DNA from: Octopus sinensis
Lineage: Eukaryota
Assembly: GCF_006345805.1 (NCBI RefSeq)
Contig: NC_043004.1
Coordinates: 17,112,001 to 17,176,000 of the forward strand
Direction of reading: 5' to 3'
Length of the DNA: 64,000 bases
Under the pieces are notes generated by a model. That model saw nothing but the letters and a program-made list of their open reading frames with translations. It was not told the DNA's origin and searched no databases. Positions 13,476-25,637 of this stretch are shown in pieces; the first letter of the stretch is position 1; each line of letters begins with the position of its first letter. The translations under genes were made by a program, and so were the position numbers.

Positions 13476-13833
13476 TAAAAGAAGTTTGAAAACGCCTCTA
13501 TATAAGTTAAATTTTGATTTTCTTGGAGATTTTACATGTTTCGGTTCTTCTTGAAAAAACGAACCTTCTTCAAAAAACGAACCAGCGACCGAAATAGCAG
13601 TAGTAGCAGTGCTATTTCGGTCGCTGGTCATTTCCACAATTTCAGCCACCACAAAACACCACCATGTGGATTCTGTTGAGACTAGTAAGAAACAATTGTG
13701 AACTTTTTTATTATACTTAACTTCTTAAAATGTTTTTGATAAGGTTCGTTTTTTCAAGAAGAACCGAAACATGTAAAATCTCTAAGAAAATTAAAATTTA
13801 ACTTATATAGAGGCGTTTTCAAACTTCTTTTTT
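13476..13833. repeat. fold-back element with ~100-bp arms, each carrying a hammerhead-like motif
   Basis: 13476-13578 is the reverse complement of 13731-13833; motifs at 13528-13578 (-) and 13732-13780 (+). Confidence 0.8.
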
Positions 13834-14416
13834 ATAAATATATATCCACTCGTATGCCACCTACACTTATTATATATATATTGTCCAAATGATGTTGGCA
13901 TCACCTTTAAGATACACACAAAACGTAGGCCTCGTGCTATCCGCCCACAACATAAATCACATTCGCCTCTCATAACAACAATACGGTATAATTACCGCAC
14001 CTCAATTGGTCCCGCTCTGTTTAACATTATACCAAAACACATTAAAGCAGAAAAAGACCCCATAAACTTCAAGAAGATTTTGGAAAAAATTCCTTCAAGA
14101 AATACCGGATAAATCTCCAATGTATGTATGTATGCGTATATATATAGAAACAGGACAGTCATGGATAGAACGTCATAGATCTACTTAGAGCAATATACCA
14201 ACAACAGATTAACACTTATTGACTCATTCGGTGAGACTTTTCTTTATTGCCCACAATTATAGAATTACATGCAGCACCAGTGGCAAATATAAACTACCTA
14301 ACCGTCATGAGATAACTGCCCGGCACCTATTCGAAAAGGCCGTTGTTCAAGATATCACTCAGCTTTTTCCAGCGAGATTATCTTTATTCGTGTAGTGTAG
14401 ATATGAAACGTAAGTT

Positions 14417-14447
<31 letters not shown>

Positions 14448-14516
14448 CACGTATGTAAACACACACATATACATATATATTTATACACATTTATGCATAT
14501 GCTTATATATATACAC

Positions 14517-14549
<33 letters not shown>

Positions 14550-14589
14550 CATATATATATATATGTGTGTGTTTGTGTGTGTGTATGTG

Positions 14590-14620
<31 letters not shown>

Positions 14621-15222
14621 ATGTGTGTGCGTGTGTGTGTACACACATGCATATATGCCTATGCACACAACAGTCAACAAGAATTTTACAATATCTTTAT
14701 TTTAAAACTTGCTTTGAAATAACTATCTCAGTTTTATTAGCATATATATATAAAGGCGGTGCCCCAGCATGGCCGCAGTCAAATGACTGAAACAAGTAAA
14801 AGAGTATATGTATATACATATATGTGTGTGTATATACATACAACGCCAATAGCACTATGACTCATAAAGGCCACACCGCTACACTGTTGGTTAGGAATAA
14901 TAGATATTACTGGTTAAAAGTAATGTACATGCGAGCAAGCGTGGGGGAGTGTTTGCCTGACGAGGAAGACGAGGATGACGTAGGAAAAATTCAGAAAACG
15001 ACAGACTGTTATTAAATTTTTATAATCAATCTGAATATCTATTATATACTTGAGTGGCTTGTCCTTGGTCATAGAGAGAGGAAATATAACGCTGCTATAT
15101 AATAAATTTCACAAAAGCAATATATAATTTCACCAGAATATATAGTATACATTAATATTATACAATGTCGTGTATATTGAGATAATGTATGGCATATATA
15201 TTTAATATTATATGTATGTACC

Positions 15223-15313
<91 letters not shown>

Positions 15314-16264
15314 TGATTGATTGATAGATATGCACACTTGTTATGTATATATGCATGTAATGTTACACACACAAAACACATACATACATATATGTATATA
15401 CATACACACACACACACACATATATATATATACATACATATACATATACAAACAAAGGTGAGTACATATATATATATTTATGCACACACACATAACCACA
15501 CGTATGTGTGTGTTTGCCTGTGTAAAATATATAAATATATATATATATACCTACATACATGTGTGTGTTGTGTGTGTGTGTGTGCGTGTGTAGATATAGA
15601 GAGATAGAAAAATACATACATACAGAATTACATTTTTCTTTCTTTTTTTTTGGTTTCTTTCAAGCTGTGGCATATCTTCGTTGGAGATGATATATATTGA
15701 CCACTTGTTTAACAGAAATCTATATTATCTGAAAAAGTATATATTTAGAAGTAATCTCAGAAGTAGTATGTTAACACATAATCTTCTGAAGTCGACGATA
15801 TACTTTAATAAAGTTAAGACATATAAAGCAATCGGGCCGTTATTCATATGGGGAAAAATCGAACGGATGAAACGTTGTTCGATCTTTCAATTTATAGACT
15901 GAGTCTGTTGATTCCGTTCTGACTACTCTCTCTTTTGTTTAAATGTGATCATTTCTTTCCTTCTATGTTCCAAACTGTTATCACACTATTTCATATTATA
16001 TTTCATATACACTATTTCATATCTTTTTATCTCATATCTGTTACTTGTTACAGGGGCACCGCCTTAAAGAGTTTTCTTTTTTCTTTTTTTACTTGAACAG
16101 ATTGCCCACAGGATTTTTTTTTTACTCTGGGAGTAAGTTTTTCAGTCTGATTTTACGAACCGCATTATTACGGGAGCGCGTAAACAAACCCAAACCGGTT
16201 TTCAAGCGGTGGAGTTGGGCCCAAGCACAAAGACAAACACACACACCACACACACAAATTCATA

Positions 16265-16308
<44 letters not shown>

Positions 16309-16363
16309 CACATATATATATGTGTCTGTGTGTGTGTATATATATATAATATATATATATATC

Positions 16364-16395
<32 letters not shown>

Positions 16396-16921
16396 ACTGT
16401 GGTCATGCTGCAGCACCGCCTTGTAGGGAAGAAATCGACCCTTATATATATAAATCTCAACTTGTGTGTCTGTGTGTGTATCTGTGTGTGTGTCTGTGTG
16501 TGTGTCTGTGTGTTTAACTTCCCGGCACATCTCCTCCTAGCCAACAAATCGTAGACCACCAAAAATGGGTCACTTAAAGTTTAGGCGAATGAAAATTGAA
16601 CTGCGCTATTTCTGTTCCGAAATTCATCTCGCAAGTGCAAAAATCGATAATGTGTTTGTCTAGGCCTTATCCCTATTTTTTACGATTTTTGACTGCTGTG
16701 TCACCATTTTTCGGTGTATTTCAACTGGAAAAATGTTCACTTGAAGAGAATAACAAGTTGCATAATGCAAAATTTTTACTTTTCAAAAATTCCAATTCTA
16801 AAGGGTCGAAACAAACCCAAGCAACACCGGGTGATACTGCTAGTATATATATATATACATCGTTTGCAGACAACATAAATCCGAAAGAAGAAGCACACTC
16901 TAAGATGCAGAGCAGTATATC

Positions 16922-17158
16922 AAAAAATGGGGAAGGCCTGTTTATGGGATTACCTTAGGTTTCCCGTCCATAAAGGGTTTATCTTTATGGTGTATCGTCA
17001 GATCCCAAATCTCAAAAACCTGTTGGCCCATGACTCTCCATAATTTGAAGAGGTCATGGGCCAACAGGTTTTTGGGATCTGACGATACGCCATAAAGCTA
17101 AACCCTTTATGTACGGGAAACCTAAGGTAATCCTATAAACCGGCCTTCCCCATTTTTT
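16922..17158. repeat. ~237-bp palindrome with a hammerhead-like motif in each arm
   Basis: Arms 16922-17038 and 17049-17158; motifs at 16945-17007 (-) and 17073-17135 (+). Confidence 0.85.
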
Positions 17159-17829
17159 AATTATGTATATTTATACATGCAACGTGCTTACACCCATTTT
17201 CCGTCTACTAAGTTCACTTCTCAGAAGGCACTAGTCGGCCTAGGGCTACAGTAGAAAATTCGGCCAAAATGTAGCACAGTAGAATTGAATATGACACCAC
17301 ATGGTTGTATTGCAAGATTCTTTACCACACAGTTATGTCATCGCTTTTATAAAAACAATGAAAGTTGAAACCTACACGTGGGCCTTGAACCCAGTTCTTC
17401 TGTACAAATGACAGATGTTCAAACCAATATACCAAAGCAAAATATTATAAAAACAAGGGTCTTTTTCGAGTCAAGAAAGCCTGTTTGTATGATTTAGTCC
17501 TAAAATATTGGGACTACAAGGGCTCATGAATGTTAAAGGGCGAGTTTGAATGTTAGGCAGACCAAAAACTAATTGAAAAGTATACGAATGAATGAGGGGA
17601 CTTTTATGTAGATGCTCAACATGCTATCAGCAGCAACCAGATTTCCTTCGGATCACAAACTTTAGCGTTTTAAAATCCGTAACGAAATATTGCACGATGT
17701 AACTTTAGATAAACGTAAAGACAAGATGGTCATGTCTAGAACGACTTTGATCATAGGCCTGCTAGAACTGGACTATTTTCGGTCCGGCCAGGGCATAACG
17801 GCTCACTTGAATAGAAATATGTAGCTAAT

Positions 17830-18065
17830 AGGCGGCGAGCTGGCAGAAACGTTAGCACGCCGGGCGAAATGCTTAGCGGTATTTCGTCTGCCGTTACGTT
17901 CGTTCTGAGTTCAAATTCCGCCGAGGTCGACTTTGCCTTTCATCCTTTCGGGGTCGTTAAATTAAGTACCAGTTACGCACTGGGTTCGATATAATCGACT
18001 TAATCCGTTTGTCTGTCCTTGTTTGTCCCCTCTTTGTGTAGCCCCTTGTGGGCAGTAAAGAAATA
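17830..18065 (+). mobile_element. tRNA-derived SINE (family A), near full length
   Basis: Homologous to 11764-11996. Confidence 0.9.
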
Positions 18066-18697
18066 AGAAATATGTAACTAAATACAGCTTCTACGTGGAT
18101 GGGAATATAAAACGCTCACACACACCAAACTCGCACAAACATACACAAATACACTCGCACACGCACAAACGCATAGATACATACGCATAAGCATACATTC
18201 ATACACACGCGCATAAACACACATCTGTGTGTACAGATATATATTTCTTCAGTATATCTGGATTTTAGTCTATTGTTTCCATTTAATCTGGCTAAATATA
18301 AATTTTCAACTCTAATTTGTACGTCATGATGTTATAATATATATCGCTCATTCTTCTCTCCCTTCTAAATCTAAAGATTTATATATTTTGAATCGACAGA
18401 TTTATATATTTTTTCTGTGAGGAATGAATGTTGTGATCGTTCGTAGCTAACGAGGGGCAGTGTTTCTAGGTTACTGGAACTGATGTTAGTGTCATGTGAG
18501 CGTGTGTGTGTGAATATGTACATATGTATGTATGTATAAGTACATGCAATATACATATGTATAATATATACATATATATACATATATCATTATATATGTA
18601 TATATAATCTATGTATATATATATATATATATATCTATAAATATAATAACACATATATATATAATATTTATATATACATACATATATATATATATTA

Positions 18698-18736
<39 letters not shown>

Positions 18737-18889
18737 TATACACATGTGTTGTGTGTGTGTGTGTGTGTATGTGTGTTTATATGTCGACATGATTCGTTTG
18801 TATGTAGTCCAATGGTTAAAGTTTAGGTTGTTCACTGTGTAGCTTTCTCGTGATAAGTGGCAGAATGAACTTTGTGTGTGAATAGTTAA

Positions 18890-20700
18890 CTCTGTTAAAG
18901 TTCGTTAAGTCTTGGTTTGTACTTTTGTATGAAAGTATTTTCTTTGTTTATCCGTGCTTCATCTGTGGTATTCGCTGAACACAAGTAGAATGCGAAGACC
19001 TGGAATTTGGGAGACTTAGTTTTTGCACATATGTCTATGCGACCACTCCGTGGCTCTGTCTAGTACTGGAGTTTCGTATTTGTTGTCGGTGAATGGTCAG
19101 TCAATTTCTTAGAGTAAGCTTTGTTTAACCTACGTAATTCTCATTACATTTTTGACATTGGATAGCGTATATTAAATTCCTTTGAAGAACACGTAAAGTG
19201 ATTTTTTAAGGTAAAAGTATGTCCTGTTTTGAATTTGTATGTTGTGTCTTCAACAAGGTTGATGCAGGTCCCGCAATTAGACAGCCACATTTTTTTACTG
19301 TTGGTGTAGGAATTGTGGAAGGTAATTTAGCACTGGTGAGGGTCTTTTGAGAGACTTTCATTGTCTTTTAATTTTGATTATCTTGTTTCATTCTTGAGTC
19401 TTGCTTTAGTAGTGGGATGTTCTGGTGTATAATATTGTAAACCTCTGGCTTTCTTAGGTTTTATGTTGTAATAAAGGGCAAATTACTGGATGAATCTGGT
19501 TCGTTTTTCGATTTTCGCAGTTCTTTGATATTTATTGCTTTGGCACGTTCTGTTCCGTTGTCTGTTAGCATTAATGAATATTGTCTTTTAAGTATTACTA
19601 TTCCATAGTCAAGTTAATATTATTGTTTATGCTGTTGATTAGATTTTTGAAATCTTTAAGTTGTTCAAATGTGTACGTCCATCGGATTAGGCAGTCATCT
19701 AAGAATTGTTTCCAGTTTTCTAGTAGGCATTTGTGGAAGTTCAAGCCATATATTAATTTAGATTGTCCATATATCTGGACCGCCATGTATGCCATGACTA
19801 GATTGACGCACTTCGGAGCAACTTTTGTCCCCATCACAGTCCTAGATATTTGTTTGTAAATATTACCTTCGAAGTCAAACAAGTTGTTTTCGAAGATAAA
19901 CTTTAATCCTTCAGTGATGAAATTCTTTTCAGTTCTGTCCGGAATTTCATGATGGAATTTCTCAACTCAGAAATTTATTGCCTCTGGTCCATATTGATGT
20001 GGGATTGTGGTATATAGGTTTACCACATCATAAGATACAATAGTAGTATCATTGTTTATGGATTTTGAGACGTAGTTTATCAGGTCCGGATCATCCCTCA
20101 CAAGGCTTGGTATATATTTTAAAATAGGTTTCAGTAATATATCTAAAAAGTTGCTTATTCTGTGCTCCGATTGGTCTAAATTTAAGGTCGGTGGGATATT
20201 GTACGCTTATGCAACTTGAAGTTGGTTCTTTACATACATTTTTAATAGTTTGTTCTTATGGATTTTGAGGAGACCATAGAAGTAGCTGGTCTTGCAATCA
20301 AAGTGGGTTAGGCAGTCACATTCTTTATTTGTTAAACCTTTTTGACATCTGTGAATGAGTATGTTCAGTTTAGTCATTGTCTTTGGTTTTTGGTAATTAT
20401 TTACCTTTTCGTAGTGGGTCACATCTTGTAACATAGATAATATATTTCTTTTGTAGAGTTCAGCGGGAAACATACAAAAGTCTATAAACTTAATCATGTG
20501 TTCATTCTCTACAATCGCTTGACAGAAAACATTCAGAGCATTGATTGTTTCGACTTGTTCAGTCAACCGTGTCAGCCTAAACTTAAGACGCCAAACATTG
20601 TCACTTGATACTAACACACGGACGTAGTGGGGAAAATACAAAAATTTCTAAGACCAGTCATGTGACCAGTCTCTACCAATCAAATCTTAATAAAAAAAAC
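18890..20700 (-). mobile_element. degraded Penelope-like element (RT and GIY-YIG endonuclease)
   Basis: ORF 20207-20641 (LTNKE..LTHFDCKTSYFYGLLKIHK) and ORF 19598-19882 (YKQISRTVMGTKVAP..NL.M...WKQFLDD); manual translation near 19125-19175 gives IYAIQCQKCNENYVG, ending KYKPRLNEL* near 18895. Confidence 0.85.
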
Positions 20701-21118
20701 TCATTTTAGATATGAATTCCTTATAAAAATAGGACAGACTTCAAACCCTAGTCAGAAGCAAGACAGCTGCGACACAAGCCACGTCTTTCTATTTGAACTT
20801 TTTGAAAATCAGTGTAAACAGTGAAACCGGTTAAAGCATCAAATATTTCAAAAAAAAAAATTTTAACTATTCTCAGTGCATTTTCAACTGCTATTTTTCC
20901 AATACGTATATATATATACATACATAACAGTAGAGCGTTAGAATGAGTGCTCAACACCGTGTTGGTGGATAAATAATTTCTTTATTTATAAATTGAGCGT
21001 TAATTCACAAATAAAGAATATATATATATATATAATATTTTCAAGAGATGAAATTTTCTCTATATATAGGACACATCGAAGTACTCAGTATATTTGTGTC
21101 ATAATAAAATAGGAAAAA

Positions 21119-21719
21119 TAATGATGAGAGAACAAAGACAGGTTACTAAAACATATTCTGTTGTAAAATTATTATGTGCACAAAATCATGTACTGAAATA
21201 TATAGATATATAAATATATAAATACACTTTAAAATGTATCAAAAATACATTTAAAATATATAGATATATATATATAAATATGCTATGAATATATTAAAGC
21301 TACGTTTGCCATGCACTTTTTGCATGACAAATGCAGCTTTACCAGTTGGCAAATTCCCTGAAGAAGGAGGCGGTGATATTAGATTAATGGAACTTAAATT
21401 CTATTACTACATCTTTGTACCCCTGTGCCCCTAGAAACAGCTGTCGGATTTTAACGAACTACAGACACCTATATTGATTTACAGTATTCTCTGCACTCAA
21501 CCCATTCTGTGTATATAATATCAATACCGTTTTTATTGTAAGTAGGACTATATATTGTATGTTCTTAATATATTCTTAGCATATTTAAATATTTATATCA
21601 ATATATTTTTAAGTGTATTTATATATTTATACATCTATATATTTTAGTACATGATTTCGTGCACATTATAATTTTACAACAGAATATATTTTAGTAACCT
21701 ATCTTTTGTTTCATCATTA
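21119..21719. repeat. fold-back element with AT-rich 155-180-bp arms and a central hammerhead
   Basis: About 21119-21297 is the reverse complement of about 21565-21719. Confidence 0.75.
21351..21452 (+). ncRNA. type I hammerhead ribozyme motif
   Basis: AAATTCC-CTGAAGA(21358-21364)-AGGAGGCG...TGCCCCT-A-GAAA(21434-21437)-CAGCTG-TC-GGATTTT. Confidence 0.65.
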
Positions 21720-21728
21720 TATATACAT

Positions 21729-21897
21729 ACATATTTTCGTTTAGAGATAGTAGGCCCCTTCATCTCACCATATAAAAGAATTAAAATTTAAATACTACTT
21801 TATAACTTGGCAAGTTATAAAGTAGCAAGTATTTAAATTCTAATTCTTTTATATGGTGAGATGAAGGGGCCTACTCTCTCTAAATGAAAATATATAT
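21729..21897. repeat. near-perfect ~165-bp palindrome
   Basis: GTAGGCCCCTTCATCTCACCATATAAAAGAATT.. pairs with ..AATTCTTTTATATGGTGAGATGAAGGGGCCTAC; centre ACTTTATAACTT-GGC-AAGTTATAAAGT. Confidence 0.9.
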
Positions 21898-21976
21898 TTC
21901 TAATTCAGAATAATTTGAACCCCTGTTATGCCGGAAGTTTTATTCCCTAACAAATAAAATTAAATATATACATTAC

Positions 21977-22024
<48 letters not shown>

Positions 22025-22036
22025 CAAGCATAAATG

Positions 22037-22073
<37 letters not shown>

Positions 22074-22125
22074 AATATTAAATTTCTAATATCTCATAGA
22101 GATATATGCGGTGGTGGAGCGATAG

Positions 22126-22498
22126 AGTGGTTGTATACAGTCAACTTAACGTGACAGTCCCGTAAGGGAATTACACCACCGCTATTTAGCCCTAGGAAGC
22201 ATCGACGCTTCCTGTCGGCCTTGACACATTTCCTGTGTCCTTATATATTACGAAGTCTAGAAAAATATCTTCAGCTAGCAGGCCTTGCTACTCTAGACTG
22301 ATGATGGGCAAGACTCAGAAACATGCATGTCTCTTGATGCAGGCCTAGCTGTTGGGGGTGTTTGTCTCCCCTTCGTAAATATATAAGGACACAGGAAATG
22401 TGTCAAGGCCGACAGGAAGCGTCGATGCTTTCTAGGGCTAAATAGTGGTGATGTAATTCCCTTGCGGGATTGTCACGTTAAGTTGACAATACAACCAC

Positions 22499-22499
<1 letters not shown>
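22126..22499. repeat. fold-back element with 130-bp arms and a central hammerhead
   Basis: 22126-22255 is the reverse complement of 22371-22499 with few mismatches. Confidence 0.9.
22292..22337 (+). ncRNA. type I hammerhead ribozyme motif (compact, best formed)
   Basis: TCTAGA-CTGATGA(22298-22304)-TGGG-CAAGA-CTCA-GAAA(22318-22321)-CATGCATG-TC-TCTTGA; predicted cleavage after C22331. Confidence 0.8.
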
Positions 22500-22544
<45 letters not shown>

Positions 22545-22765
22545 ATATATATATATTATATATATATATATACTCGTTAATGTGGTTTTATGTCAAGTTA
22601 TATATATAAAAACAAATTAAATTGAAGGATTGCTCAATAATTTTAGTGCTACATGTTTATGAAACATTTTCGTTATACTACCGAAAATTCGAAGCCATTG
22701 TCAGTTCTCTTCTTGTAAAACCATACACACATACACACACACACATATGTATGCATGTATGTATG

Positions 22766-22796
<31 letters not shown>

Positions 22797-23115
22797 TGTT
22801 GTTGTTCTTCCCGTTTAGCCTTTGTTTCTACATCACTTTAGTGGCGTTCCCTCTATCATTGACGCAACCAAATGATCGGTACAATTAAACTAAAATCTCC
22901 GTACTCTCAGCATACTAAAACTACGCTTGAATCTGGTCTTCTTGGCCGATGATAGAATTTCCATGTTTTTTGTTCTTTGTTGTTTTTTTTCATTCCTTTT
23001 TCGTTAATACTTTCCGTGTTTCATTTTGAGTTTTCATGACTAGATTCGTGGCACACACAGCATCCTAACAATTTCACCCAACAATCGATATGTGTCCCTC
23101 CCGCTGTGACCATTC

Positions 23116-23425
23116 TCGCGTGGCTTAGTGGTTTGGGTATTCGGTTCGCGATCATAGTGTCGTGAGTTCCATTCCCGGCGACGCACAGTGTCCTTGAGCA
23201 AGACACTTTATTTCATGTTGCTCCAGTCCACACAGTTGGCAAACATGAGTCTTACCCGTATTTTAAAGGGCCAGCCTTGTCACATTCTGTGTCATGTTGA
23301 ATCTCCTTGAGAACTACGTTAAGGGTACCTATATTTGTGGTGTACTCAGCCACTTGCACCCTAATTTCACAAGCAAGTTGCACCGTTAATCAGATCAACT
23401 GTAATACTTGTCTTCGTAACCAACC
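23116..23425 (+). mobile_element. tRNA-derived SINE (family C)
   Basis: GCGTGGCTTAGTGG ... GAGTTCCATTCC head; homolog of 251-537. Confidence 0.75.
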
Positions 23426-23678
23426 AAGTGACATTCTCTCGCTGTTGCCATTCTCTCTATTTCTTATTTTCTCATTCTTTCTTGTTCCCTCTTTATCTTT
23501 ATCATTTGTTCTCAAGTTCATTTAATATTTGTTCTCCGTATTATTTTCTCCCCATCACACGTCCTTTCTGTCCCCTTCTTGATTCTTTTTCACACTCTCT
23601 CTTTCACACACCCTCTTCTCTTTCTTACCGTTTTACAATTGATTGACCTTAATCAGAAATAGCTGACGAAGACAAAAA

Positions 23679-24214
23679 CAATTGCTACCACCTCTGATGT
23701 GGCCATTCCAAATTTCTTCATCCTAATCTGTATTTTCGATTGAACATTTCTTAATTCTTGTTCTTTCCTCCAACTATAATGAGATCTTAGTTCCTTCTTT
23801 CTCTTCTTTTGCACAACTAGTATTGTTTCTTCTTTTTTCTTTCATGCGAATAGCCATAGCATTCACCTTTTCTAGAAATTTGAAGCCTATTTTCTTCGAA
23901 TTGTTTTTACGGTTGTTTTACCAAAATCACATGGTTTTTGATTGCCAGGAATCGATCCTAGAAAACATACATGTATACAAGTTCTAGAGACAACATCTTT
24001 TTAATCTTCCGCTTAATGAAATTTCTTTGGCAATTTTTCCTTAATATCATTATCCACTGTCTTAAATCATGTGTTAGAAGACAAACAGACAGATTCTTCG
24101 TATTTATTGCATGGTAGACTGCCAAACAGATACCAACACAATGGTCAAAATATTTTCTTTTCCGTAATATGTCAGGCGAACGGAGCAAGATAGTGTTAGT
24201 AACAAGCAGCATCT
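23679..24214 (-). mobile_element. degenerate LINE (RTE-like) fragment between 41-bp direct repeats
   Basis: Manual minus-strand translation gives weak motifs (LEERTRIK, WNGHIRG); identical 41-mers at 23638-23678 and 24215-24255. Confidence 0.4.
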
Positions 24215-25419
24215 ATTGATTGACCTTAATCAGAAATAGCTGACGAAGACAAAAAGATTGTCGTCAAAGATATATAATGTTAAAGCATGATGCTGCGTTT
24301 GTTCTTTGGCTGAAAGCGCATAAATAAAACTAGGGCCCAAATTCTTCTGCCTCACTGATCCTTGTGGTGTTATCTTTTACTTCATATGACATTTAAATCC
24401 AGTGGCCTCCCTAGGCAGCCTCTGAATTTGTATAGACCATTGGAGGTTTATGTTATTTTAACTTGATATCTGAAATACAAGCATAATGTGTGTGTGTGTA
24501 TGTGTGTGTGTGGGTGTGTGGGTGTGTATGTGTGTGTGTGCTATATATCCCATATAGCATATTCGTATCTATTACAACATCCTACATCTTTCTCCTTTAC
24601 CAGATAAATCAATTGCACAAAGCACTACAATTCCTAATAGCAAGAACCAATCATTTGATTTCCTTTGTACCCTCCCCCGGTATTCAATCTATATCTACTG
24701 AATACTCTTAAATTATAAAGTATCTCTGCCATCCTTTCTTTGACCTTTAGCCTTAACTAGCGAACCCTAAACCCCGACTTTATACCTGATTTGCTTTATT
24801 TATGTATTTATATATTTCTTCATTTTTTACTTTTCTTTATCCTTTATCCTTACCTCGGTCCCCTCCCAGCTACCACTTTTCTAAGCCTAGTATAATAAAA
24901 TATCACCTTACACTTCATCTCTAGCCTCTCAAAGAAACAGTCTAGAAGTAATCCTGAACGGATATAGAAAGAGAAATAGCAAGATAAGAGATGAATGTTG
25001 ACCGGCAAGCTAAGCGTCCGGTGGCGTAAAGGCAGAGAGATGAGAAAATTAGTCACGGGTCACGTGTGAGCGGTAGTTACAAGAGAAGGAGGATGAGAGA
25101 GAAGGAGAGAGAGCGGTAGAGAGAACAGGGAAGGAAGGAAGGAAGGAAGGAAGGAAGGAAGGGAGGAAGTTGATAATTACGAATGAAAAGATGAGAGAGA
25201 GACAAAGGAAGTTGGGATGCTAGAAAAGGAATATGAAGACGAGAGAGAAAGAGTCGAAATATATGTATATATGTATGGATAGAAGTATGTGTATGTATAT
25301 ATATGTGTATGTATGTATATATATGTATGTGTATATGTATATGTATATATATGTATAATATATACATGTATATATATATATATCATATATATAATATATA
25401 TATTATATATATATATATG

Positions 25420-25464
<45 letters not shown>

Positions 25465-25471
25465 ATATGTA

Positions 25472-25505
<34 letters not shown>

Positions 25506-25552
25506 ATATGATGTATATATATATAATATATATATATATAATATAATATATA

Positions 25553-25604
<52 letters not shown>

Positions 25605-25637
25605 TATCTATTATATATATATATATATATATATTTA

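Noticed and set aside
24240-24275. CTGACGA hammerhead-like core
   Set aside because: No GAAA follows; the sequence forms a simple hairpin instead
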